NCBI GenBank assembly: GCA_043804695.1
Contig: JAZDIV010000043.1
Location: forward strand, 12,736-76,735
Source of the DNA: PVC group bacterium
Lineage (GTDB): Bacteria; Auribacterota; Erginobacteria; Erginobacterales; Erginobacteraceae
Direction of reading: 5' to 3'
DNA: 64,000 bases
Position 1 is the first letter of the stretch; each line of letters begins with the position of its first letter. The notes beneath the pieces were generated by a model. It saw only the letters and a program-made list of their open reading frames with translations, was not told the DNA's origin and made no database searches. This document shows positions 10,830-19,162 of this stretch, in pieces. A program made the position numbers and the translations under genes.

Positions 10830-10893
10830 GTGGGAGGGGTTTTCAACCCCGATTCTGCCCACCCCAGGAATCGGGCTTAAAAAGCCCTCCCAC
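10830..10893. repeat. REP-like inverted doublet
   Basis: GTGGGAGGGGTTTTCAACCCCGATT ... AATCGGGCTTAAAAGCCCTCCCAC. Confidence 0.6.
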
Positions 10894-11126
10894 AGAAACT
10901 CATTGTCCCGATTCCTTATTCAAAATGTTCATTACCGTGCTCCCGATATATAAAGAGGAAATCCCCCAGCAGTGAGATATTCATTAAAACAGGTTTTTCC
11001 CAGCACTCCATCATTCCAATACCCCAGTTCCGCCGTCGTAGTCATGGGCTACTATGGCGAAGGCGGCTAGTCCATATTACATCAGCCCATAATTATGCAT
11101 ACCCCTGATTCTACTGATCCACCCCC

Positions 11127-12644
11127 TCATCGTTTTACATACACACCCTCATTCAGGTCCATTGTCCAGTAAGCATCTCCCTGGCGCCGGCTGAAACAGG
11201 CCAGTTCCGCCGGCGAGAAGAGCCACTGGTAGGTGCCCCAGATCCTACTCCCCATCCCCCGGTTCCAGCAAAGACGGGGGAACGAGGTGGCAAATCCGTC
11301 AGGGAGATAGAGACGACGTTCGGGGGTGATCTCGCCGCGGTCCATCCCGGTCCGGATGTTCTGTAAAAGCTCCTTCAGCGGGGCGAGACATTTGGTGACA
11401 TTCTCGACGTGGCGGTGGGTATAGTAGCCGTTGACGAAAAAAACGGCCAGCAGGATGGCGAACAGGACCGCCCTCCCCTTCCGGGCGGGCCGGAGGAGAG
11501 CGGAGACGACAATCGCCGCCAGGAGTACGAGGAGGGCGTTGGGGATGAGCTGGTAGCGGAACTGGCGGAGGATGTGGCTGAAGTCACTGGTGATCGAACG
11601 GGCGGCCACCAGCAGTGAGAAGTTGCTGAGATAGAGAAAACCGAGAAAGGCGGCGGCCGCCAGGGCCCTCCATTCTTTCCTCCGGACGAGGAGGAAGACC
11701 AGCAGTCCGGCCAGGAGCAGGACAACGGCAGCGGCAGCGTACGCCAGCGGAACCAGCCAGGGCGGCTTTCCGAGGGGGATCACTCCCAACATTTCACTGT
11801 ATCCCCGGTAGCGGCCGGGATAAGCGAGAGCGGGAATGGCATTGACCCCGATACCCGTATAGAGAAGGTTGAAGAGGGAGAAGACCGCCCCGGTCAGGAA
11901 GGATATCATTGAGGGTGATGACAGCTCGCCGGGGAGGTGAGAGGCGGACCGCGTGAGCAGGAAAACCGTTCCGTAAAGAAGATACAGGACTCCGAGCAGG
12001 AAAACGGTGGAACGGATGGGCCGCCGGGGCCGGCCAGCCGGCCGGCGGGTAAAGAGCAGGATCAGGACCGCCAGGGGCCAGCAGCAGAACGTCTCGTAGC
12101 AGAGCAGGGAAAGAAAAAAAAGCAGGCCAGCGGGGAAGAGAAGGAGCGTCTTCCCTCCCTCCAGGTAACGGATGTAGAGCAGGAAGGCCCCGATGAAACC
12201 GGCGAAGCCGGCCACGAGGAAAATGTGAAAGGTCAACGACAGGACGTCGCAGTGGGAGTAGAGCACGGCCCAGACGGCCAGGAATCCCCCCAGTTCCAGC
12301 CCCCGGGCGCCCAGCCGCCGTCCCAGGCGGAAGAGGAGGATCAGGAGGAGACAGTAACAGGCAAAATCGGCGAGATGATTGAAGATGAACCGGCCCCCGA
12401 AGGCCAGGTGCTCGAGATAGAGGAGGGTGTAGGAGAGAGGCCGGAACGTGCCGTGCTGCCAGGGGTCGTGGTTGACGACGTAGGGCCAGACCGGGAGGTC
12501 CGGGTCGGCCCGGACCTGGTGAAAGGTGAAGAACGCCTCCCAGTAGTCCACGTGAGGCGGGTTGGAGAACGTGGGCAGGATGAGGATCCCGAGGAAGAGA
12601 AAAAGGAGAGCGAAGCCGGTTACTGACGCGAGGCGCTTTCTCAT
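11127..12644 (-). CDS. Polytopic membrane protein, putative GT-C glycosyltransferase (family B)
   Basis: FSNPPHVDYW, HDPWQHGTFRP, QFRYQL, LCWNRGMG..IWGTYQW; ATG 12644 follows GGAGG (ORF track starts at 12653). Confidence 0.6.
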   Translation of the reverse strand: MRKRLASVTGFALLFLFLGILILPTFSNPPHVDYWEAFFTFHQVRADPDLPVWPYVVNHDPWQHGTFRPLSYTLLYLEHLAFGGRFIFNHLADFACYCLLLILLFRLGRRLGARGLELGGFLAVWAVLYSHCDVLSLTFHIFLVAGFAGFIGAFLLYIRYLEGGKTLLLFPAGLLFFLSLLCYETFCCWPLAVLILLFTRRPAGRPRRPIRSTVFLLGVLYLLYGTVFLLTRSASHLPGELSSPSMISFLTGAVFSLFNLLYTGIGVNAIPALAYPGRYRGYSEMLGVIPLGKPPWLVPLAYAAAAVVLLLAGLLVFLLVRRKEWRALAAAAFLGFLYLSNFSLLVAARSITSDFSHILRQFRYQLIPNALLVLLAAIVVSALLRPARKGRAVLFAILLAVFFVNGYYTHRHVENVTKCLAPLKELLQNIRTGMDRGEITPERRLYLPDGFATSFPRLCWNRGMGSRIWGTYQWLFSPAELACFSRRQGDAYWTMDLNEGVYVKR

Positions 12645-14653
12645 GGCGACCACCCTCCTCCCCCCCTGTCCGGAGGAGCGGCATCAGGAGAGACTGCCAG
12701 CAGATAATACCAGTAAGGCATCCGGTCCCAAAGATGGGCGAGTCGCCCCAGCGCCGGGGGAACCGGGATATCCGGGTTCCAGACCACGTACCTGATCCCG
12801 CGCTCGCGGATAAACCGGGAGAGTTTCCCGGGATCGGCCGCCGTCGCCCGGCTCAGAAAATAGATCGGCCGGACGCCGAAGGCGGCCCCCTGGGTGAGGT
12901 GGCCCACAATCTGCTTCTGCTCCGGGAAGCTGTCCAGTTCCCCCAGGGCGACCGGCTCCCGGTTGTCAAAAACCACCCGGAAGAGGCTTCCCTTCAGCTC
13001 CGGGAGATAGTACCCCGGGGGATAGGGCTCACGGGCCGCCCGGAGGAGATGAGACGCGTGAAAAGAACCCTCCCTGGCCCCCTGGCGGGCGAGGGATATC
13101 CTCTTCACGTTGTATGAGAAACTGTACAGCCCCTCGGCCAGGAAGACGATGAGCACAGCCAGAACCCATAATCGTCCCAGCCGCCGACGCGCGGTCGAGG
13201 GTGCCCGCCAGACCTTTTCCGCGGCCAGGGCAAAAGCGGGGAGGCCGATCCCGTAAAGCCAGATGACATACCGCGCCTTGTGATTGTGCCGGGGGGGCAT
13301 GGCGAAAAAAATAATCACCCCCATGACCAGGATGCCGACCCAGGCGGCGCCGGTCCCCGGTGAGAGTCCGGCCGGCCGACGGCGGATGATTACCGCCAGG
13401 AGCCAGACCAGGGCAGGGACGCAGCCGAAGAGCCAGAGGAGGCCGAGTCCGCCCGAGTTATGCGAGACCTCCGTCATCGCCAGGTGCCACTCTCCCGGGC
13501 AATCCAACCAGCTGTAGAACAACCGGAAAAGCTGGGGCCAGTGCTTGGTGAGGGGGGTGTCGGGCGGAGGGAACTGGGAGGGGATCGCCACCCCCGGGAA
13601 GACCTCTTTGTCCGCCAGCCGCAGGCCGATCGGGTAGAGGGGGCTGCCGGTGTGGATATAGTTCCGCAGGTACCAGTACCCTCCCACCAGGAGCGCGATC
13701 AACACCATCAGGACGATAAAGACCACTCCCCGTCGGGCACCCGCCCGGAAGGATCGCACTGCCCGGTACCAGTACACCACGAGAAGAACCGGCAGCAGCG
13801 GAAGAAGAACGACCGCGGTCCCCTTGGCGCTGAGGGAAAGACCGATAGCGCAGCCCAGGGCCGGCAAGAATTTCAGCGGATCGTGCCCGGTTTCGAGGGA
13901 GCGGATGGTGAAGGCCGCGGCCGCGAAGAGGGCGATGTAGAAAGAGGCCACCGAGGCGTCGATGTAGAGGTTGAACGCGTGCCCGATGACGGTGGGGATG
14001 AAGAGAAAGAGGATGCCGCCCAGGATGGCGGAGAGCCGGCCGGCGCCGAGAAAGCGGGTCAGGGCACTGATCCCCAGGCACCCGAGGGGAACAATCGTGA
14101 GATTGAGGCCGTTGAGAAGGCGGCTGACCGGGACCGCCCGGAGGAAGAGAAAACCGATGCACTCAACCCCTTTCATGTACCCGTTCCATGAGTACCTGAT
14201 GAGATCGTTCCAGAACGGCTCCGAGTCGGCGGTGATCCAGTGGATCCGGCCTTTCAGCGCCCAGAAATGGAGTGTGGGATTATGATACCAGAGCCCGTCG
14301 TTCTCGGCGTCCGGGAGGATATAGGCGACCGCCCAGAGAAGAAGATAAAAAAAAAGCCCCGCCCCCAGCAACCAGCCCTCCCCGGTGGTTAACCTGACTC
14401 CGGATTGGCGACCGCCCGGCGGCTGCAGCCGCCGGCGGTAAAAAATACCGGCCACGGCCGAGGCGGCGATAATGGTCCAGGCGATTGGTACGGACACGGG
14501 TATCCCCACCTGGCTGAAAGCGAGGGTGAGAATCGCGGCGCTCCCATAGGCAAGCAGGGCCCCCGAGAGGATGGAGAATACCTCTCCCCCGGCTTCCGGC
14601 GTGAGCCGAAAGCCGGGAGCGGGCCAAGCGTGTACTTGCCGATCGGTTGCCAT
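12641..14653 (-). CDS. Polytopic membrane protein, GT-C/ArnT-like (family A)
   Basis: DGLWYHNPTLHFW, WNGYMKGVE, NYIHTGSPLYP, HNHKARY. Confidence 0.65.
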   Translation of the reverse strand: MATDRQVHAWPAPGFRLTPEAGGEVFSILSGALLAYGSAAILTLAFSQVGIPVSVPIAWTIIAASAVAGIFYRRRLQPPGGRQSGVRLTTGEGWLLGAGLFFYLLLWAVAYILPDAENDGLWYHNPTLHFWALKGRIHWITADSEPFWNDLIRYSWNGYMKGVECIGFLFLRAVPVSRLLNGLNLTIVPLGCLGISALTRFLGAGRLSAILGGILFLFIPTVIGHAFNLYIDASVASFYIALFAAAAFTIRSLETGHDPLKFLPALGCAIGLSLSAKGTAVVLLPLLPVLLVVYWYRAVRSFRAGARRGVVFIVLMVLIALLVGGYWYLRNYIHTGSPLYPIGLRLADKEVFPGVAIPSQFPPPDTPLTKHWPQLFRLFYSWLDCPGEWHLAMTEVSHNSGGLGLLWLFGCVPALVWLLAVIIRRRPAGLSPGTGAAWVGILVMGVIIFFAMPPRHNHKARYVIWLYGIGLPAFALAAEKVWRAPSTARRRLGRLWVLAVLIVFLAEGLYSFSYNVKRISLARQGAREGSFHASHLLRAAREPYPPGYYLPELKGSLFRVVFDNREPVALGELDSFPEQKQIVGHLTQGAAFGVRPIYFLSRATAADPGKLSRFIRERGIRYVVWNPDIPVPPALGRLAHLWDRMPYWYYLLAVSPDAAPPDRGGGGWSP

Positions 14654-14658
14654 CGGAC

Positions 14659-15846
14659 CTATGGCCGCGACGGGGCGGACGCCAACACCCCGACTTCGAA
14701 CAGGGGCCCGGCCTTTTTCCCCTCCCGGTCATAAAAGAGAGCGGAAAAGGTATAGGGGACCGGCGCCACGAATAAATCCCGGGTAACCATAACGAACTCC
14801 CCCGCTGCCCAGTTCGAGGTCTCGGGATAAATGGGGAAAAACCACTCCTCGCTCCTTTTCCCGGCTTTTCTCCTGGCCTCGGACAGGTGGCCGATATCCT
14901 CCGGGGAAACCTTCCCGTAGAGGTTCATCCAATAATCGCGCTCAAGCGGCCGGTCGGTTCGGAAAAGAAGCCGGAGACGGCCGGTCTTCGGTCCGGTCCG
15001 CTCCAGTTTCGCTCCGAAGTATTCGATCCCGTCTTCGACGACGGCTTCCGGCAAAAGCGCGCCGACAACCTCCCGGTACCGGTACTGGACTAAGTCCGCC
15101 GTGGAGCCGGAACGGGCGTGGCAAAACGAGAGCCATTCAGCCAGCCGGAAGGGATCGTCTTCAGCCCGGATCTCATCCGCCCTGACCGGTATCTCTTCGA
15201 TCTTCCGCAGTGTCCCCAGCAGGATCTGGTTTCCGTGTCGGCCCTGGGAACTGTCCATATTTATCCGTAGCTCGTAGGGGAGATCGGGGGCGGTGATATC
15301 CTCCCGGACGACGATAAATCCCCCCTCTTTCCAGAATGTCGTCGGCGGAAGGGGGTTGAAGTGCCACCACCGGTATCCTTTCTCCCGGTACGGTTCGGAG
15401 AGCAGGGATGGATCGGCAAGACGCCCTTCGATGGTAATACCGTAATCATCTTCCAGTTTTTCCATAACGCGGAAAAGGAGATAGATGCGGTACCGCTCCT
15501 TTCCTATCTTCTCGAAGTCAAACGCCCACAGATCCAGCTCGTTGGATAACTTGCCGATCCTGCTCCCCTTTCCCTCGATCTTCCCGGCCAGAAGTTCCCA
15601 CTTCCGGTTGAGCGCCTCTTCCACCACCGCTGATTTTTTCAGGGCGACGGCATAGTTGGCCCGGGTTTCGTTGAGTGTAATCAAATCATCGGCCGCCTCG
15701 ATCTCCCGCAGATACGCCTGTTCATCGTAAATCATGGGAGGGAAGGAATATTCATCCCGCTCCGGCGAACACCCCCCGGCCGATAGAAGAAGCATGATCG
15801 TGCCGGATATATAAGCAAATTTCCTGAAAATTTTTACCTCTGTCAC
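14659..15846 (-). CDS. Putative lipoprotein with two internally repeated beta-rich domains
   Basis: LLLSAGGC lipobox-like; repeats ending PTTFWKEG and PETSNWAAGE; paralog of 30331-31566. Confidence 0.6.
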   Translation of the reverse strand: MTEVKIFRKFAYISGTIMLLLSAGGCSPERDEYSFPPMIYDEQAYLREIEAADDLITLNETRANYAVALKKSAVVEEALNRKWELLAGKIEGKGSRIGKLSNELDLWAFDFEKIGKERYRIYLLFRVMEKLEDDYGITIEGRLADPSLLSEPYREKGYRWWHFNPLPPTTFWKEGGFIVVREDITAPDLPYELRINMDSSQGRHGNQILLGTLRKIEEIPVRADEIRAEDDPFRLAEWLSFCHARSGSTADLVQYRYREVVGALLPEAVVEDGIEYFGAKLERTGPKTGRLRLLFRTDRPLERDYWMNLYGKVSPEDIGHLSEARRKAGKRSEEWFFPIYPETSNWAAGEFVMVTRDLFVAPVPYTFSALFYDREGKKAGPLFEVGVLASAPSRP

Positions 15847-15930
15847 AGCCTTCTCCTTGATGGATTTTCTATTTTCTCACTGTAATGATAATAGTCTTTG
15901 TTCAAAACATAAATTAGCGACCGAAGGGAG

Positions 15931-16788
15931 CTAACTTATATCCGGATTCTCAGTCAGAAGCGCCTCCGCCAGCTTTTCCATCGTCTGAAAAAGCTGCGTC
16001 CGGCAGAGCCAAGCGAGCTTCCCGGAGGTAGTCTTTAGGTTGCAGTAACTCTTAAAACGGCGGAACCTGCTCAGCGGGAGACGGGGCTGATCCACGTCGA
16101 TGTCCCGCGGGTGGACGTATACGATCAGCGGACGCCCCTGTTGATACAGGCGCTCCACCCCCCAGCGGAGAAGCCATCCCGGCGCCAGGCGGAGATAACC
16201 GCCGCCGAAAAGATGTATCCGCTTACCGATGACTGTTATGATGGATTGAGGGAACTCAACGAGCGGACCGAAGGTTGTCTCGATCAGATGTGGAGCGAGT
16301 TCCGCCCCGCCGATCCCCCCATGACTGCGATGGCAGGGAAAGATACTCGAATCATAGACGAAGCCCGCTTCCCGGATCTCCTCGAACGCCCACTGGGTCT
16401 CTTTCTTGATGCCGAACCCGGCCGCCCGGAACCCTGTGATCTCCTGTCCCGTGATGTCCTCCAGCACCGCCTTGCTCTTGCGGATGTCGCGGCGGAACGC
16501 CTCTCTCCCCGCCGAATACGCCAGGAGATGGGCATAGCCGTGACAGGCGATCTCGTGGCCGGCGTCCCGGCAGCGCCGGACTAGCCCCGGATGCTGCTCC
16601 GCCGCCCAGCCCAGCCAGAAGATGGTGGCGGGGGTCCGGTGCCTGCCCAGAATCCCCAGCAGCTGCTCGAGATTATCCTCTAACCGGATCTCCAGCTGCG
16701 ACCACTCGGAGAACACAGGGGTGGCGGGGGTGTCCAGGATGTGGAACCAGTCCTCGGCGTCAATGGTAAAAACGGCGCTTCTTTTCAC
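15931..16788 (-). CDS. Polysaccharide deacetylase (XrtA-system/DUF3473 type)
   Basis: FTIDAEDWFH, ATIFWLGW, HEIACHGYAH, YDSSIFP, GGGYLRL, YVHPRDIDVDQP. Confidence 0.9.
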   Translation of the reverse strand: MKRSAVFTIDAEDWFHILDTPATPVFSEWSQLEIRLEDNLEQLLGILGRHRTPATIFWLGWAAEQHPGLVRRCRDAGHEIACHGYAHLLAYSAGREAFRRDIRKSKAVLEDITGQEITGFRAAGFGIKKETQWAFEEIREAGFVYDSSIFPCHRSHGGIGGAELAPHLIETTFGPLVEFPQSIITVIGKRIHLFGGGYLRLAPGWLLRWGVERLYQQGRPLIVYVHPRDIDVDQPRLPLSRFRRFKSYCNLKTTSGKLAWLCRTQLFQTMEKLAEALLTENPDIS

Positions 16789-16791
16789 CGG

Positions 16792-17574
16792 TTAAAAGAA
16801 CCTCCGGCCGGCCTTTCTGAAAATTTTCCGGTCCTTCGCGGTCGGGAAAGAGAAGTAGGTGGAATCCTCCTCCCGGTTCGGCCTCCGTTCCGCTTTCCCC
16901 TCCTTGATGAGACGGATGGCGTCCACCAGAACCTCTGCTCCGGCGGCTTTTGTCTTCCGGACGAGTGAATCCCAGGTGTCTTCCGGGGAGATCTCGACCT
17001 CCCGCTGCAAGATAATGTCCCCGTCGTCCAGTTTGGCCGCCAGGTCATGAACGGTGACGGCGGTCCTGCTCTCGCCGTTCCGGAGAACCCAGAAAGCCGG
17101 CATCAGGCCCCGGTAGCGGGGGAGCGGAGCCCCGTGCACGTTGATGCAGCCCCGGGGGAGCCGTTCCCGGATGGCTTTCCCGATGATCTGCGGGCAGCTG
17201 ATGGAGATCAGGAGCTCGGGCCGGTACCGGGTCAAAAGATTCTGGAATTCCCGGCTCTTTACCCGGTCGATTTCGTAATAGGGCATCCGGAAGACCCGGG
17301 CTACCTGCCGGATGGAATGAAAGGAACCACCGATCCCGGGCCGGGTCAGCCGGGACAAAACCGCGGCTTTGATCACCCTCCCCCCCATGATGGCCGTCCC
17401 CCGCCATCCGAAGAGGCGGAGGTGCCTGACCAGCCCTTTAACGGCCCCCCCGTGGGTGCTCATGGCCGGCGCGGAGACGATACAAACGATCTCTCCCGGG
17501 AATTCGCGGCAGATCCGGGCAAATGACTTTGGCAGGTAGAGCCCTTCATTCTGGGTCAGGATAATAATTTTCAT
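16792..17574 (-). CDS. Formyltransferase (Fmt/ArnA-like, probably a sugar N-formyltransferase)
   Basis: CINVHGAPLPRYRGLMPAFW, TVH..AAKLDDGDII. Confidence 0.9.
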   Translation of the reverse strand: MKIIILTQNEGLYLPKSFARICREFPGEIVCIVSAPAMSTHGGAVKGLVRHLRLFGWRGTAIMGGRVIKAAVLSRLTRPGIGGSFHSIRQVARVFRMPYYEIDRVKSREFQNLLTRYRPELLISISCPQIIGKAIRERLPRGCINVHGAPLPRYRGLMPAFWVLRNGESRTAVTVHDLAAKLDDGDIILQREVEISPEDTWDSLVRKTKAAGAEVLVDAIRLIKEGKAERRPNREEDSTYFSFPTAKDRKIFRKAGRRFF

Positions 17575-17575
17575 G

Positions 17576-17604
17576 TAAATTAGCTCGCTGCGCTCGCTAA
17601 TTTA
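17576..17604. repeat. TAAATTAGC...GCTAATTTA hairpin repeat (other copies 50682-50710, 15910-15938, partial 10805)
   Basis: Same arms seen at several intergenic positions. Confidence 0.6.
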
Positions 17605-17876
17605 TGCTGGATCGTTCTTCACTCCGTTCAGGACTATCAGTAGATGTAGTAAATGTAGTATCGCCTTGCCGGAGGCCCGGCTTGCTGAATTGCAAGCGAA
17701 GCGATCCTACAATTACGGCAAAGAATGCCGAAGGTATTCTGATCCTACAAGTCCTGTCGTAGATCCTGAGCGTGCCGAAGGAAGCGAAGCGAAAAGACGA
17801 TACTACACTACCGGATTTCTTTTTAAAAATTCCGAAGCAATAAATTACCTCACTCCCTTACTCTATATCTTTTTAT

Positions 17877-17906
17877 CCTTCGTGTCCTTCGTGACCTTCG
17901 TGGTTT
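17877..17906 (-). repeat. CACGAAG-type intergenic repeat containing an unoccupied IS target
   Basis: Minus strand AAACCACGAAGGTCACGAAGGACACGAAGG; related copies near 1385, 1566, 9061, 25071 and 26585. Confidence 0.7.
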
Positions 17907-17921
17907 ATTGATCTCTATTCC

Positions 17922-19160
17922 TCAAGGAATGGTTTTATTCCCGACTTCTTCGATCAGACGGAGATACTTTCCGGCCAGCTCGTCCGGGTCATGATGACGG
18001 GCGACATAGTCACGGCCGGAGTGGCCGAAGTGTACCGCTTCTTCCGGATGATCGGCAAGGTATATCAGGCTCCGGGCCAGTTCATGATGGTTTTCCGGCT
18101 CGATGCAGATGCCGGCGCCGGCCCGTTCGGTCAACGCGGCTGCCTGGCCGGCTACTCCCATGATGACCGGTTTCCCCATCGCCGCCGCCTCGAAAAATTT
18201 CGAGGGCAACACCGTTGTGAAGAGTTCGCTGTTTTTCAGATGCGCGAGACAGGCGTCCGAGGCGGCGAAAAAGCCGGGGATCTCCTCTTTCGGCCGCCGC
18301 CCCGCGAAGATGACGTTGTCCAGACCCTCCTGCCGGCAGATCTCTTCCAGCTTCTCCCGGATCGCCCCGTCCCCGACCAGCATGATGACGATGTCTTCCC
18401 TCCCCATCTCCTTGAGGAGACGGGCCGCCCGGGGCACCACCTCCAGGCCGGAACAGAGACCCAGCGTCCCGATGTAGGAGCAGACATATTTCCCTTCCAC
18501 TCTGTACTGCTGCCGGATCGTCCGATCGGGGGGCCGCGGGGAAAAAAATGCCAGGTCGGCCCCGGTGTGGATGACATTAACCTTACCCGGGGGGACCCCC
18601 AGCCGGATCAGGTTCTCCCGGTACCCCTCGCCGACGGCCACGATCCGGTCCGCCCCGGCATACATCCGCCGGGCCAGCCAATCGAGAAACCGGAGAATTC
18701 GCTGATTCCTCATCGCCCCGATCGCGACGATGGTCTCCGGCCAGAGATCGCGGATTTCGAGGATGAAAGGCGCCCGCCGCAGCCGGGCGGCGATCAGGCC
18801 GGCCCAGCCGCAGAAAAACTGGGGGGAGGTAGCGATAATGACCCGCGGCTTTTTCAGAGGCAGGCTGAAGCAGATGGCCGAGATCATGTACGATAGAAAG
18901 TTGAGGATCCTCTTCCCGGTCCCCCGGTTCGGCGCCAGGTAGGTCCAGACCCGGATCACCTCGATCCCGTCCACGATCTCCCGGCTCCGCGGCCGGTTGC
19001 GGTACCCGGGATAGACCTTCCCGTCGGGGACATTGGGAGCGCAGGTGATCACGGTGACCCGGTGCCCAGACCGGACCCAGCGGCGGCAGTTTTCATACGT
19101 CCGGGAGGCGGGAGCGTTTCCTTCGGGGGGAAAATAATGGCTGAAGAAGAGTATCTGCAT
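17922..19160 (-). CDS. GT4 glycosyltransferase (WbuB-like)
   Basis: HYFPPEGNA, EIRDLWPE, YIGTLG, LPSKFFEAAAMGKPV. Confidence 0.9.
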   Translation of the reverse strand: MQILFFSHYFPPEGNAPASRTYENCRRWVRSGHRVTVITCAPNVPDGKVYPGYRNRPRSREIVDGIEVIRVWTYLAPNRGTGKRILNFLSYMISAICFSLPLKKPRVIIATSPQFFCGWAGLIAARLRRAPFILEIRDLWPETIVAIGAMRNQRILRFLDWLARRMYAGADRIVAVGEGYRENLIRLGVPPGKVNVIHTGADLAFFSPRPPDRTIRQQYRVEGKYVCSYIGTLGLCSGLEVVPRAARLLKEMGREDIVIMLVGDGAIREKLEEICRQEGLDNVIFAGRRPKEEIPGFFAASDACLAHLKNSELFTTVLPSKFFEAAAMGKPVIMGVAGQAAALTERAGAGICIEPENHHELARSLIYLADHPEEAVHFGHSGRDYVARHHDPDELAGKYLRLIEEVGNKTIP

Positions 19161-19162
19161 GG

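Noticed and set aside
17640..17815. Structured intergenic region as possible ncRNA or riboswitch
   Set aside because: Patchwork of short repeats (TGTAGTATCG/CGATACTACA, CCTGAGC..CGAAGG, also near 44674); no known RNA motif recognised
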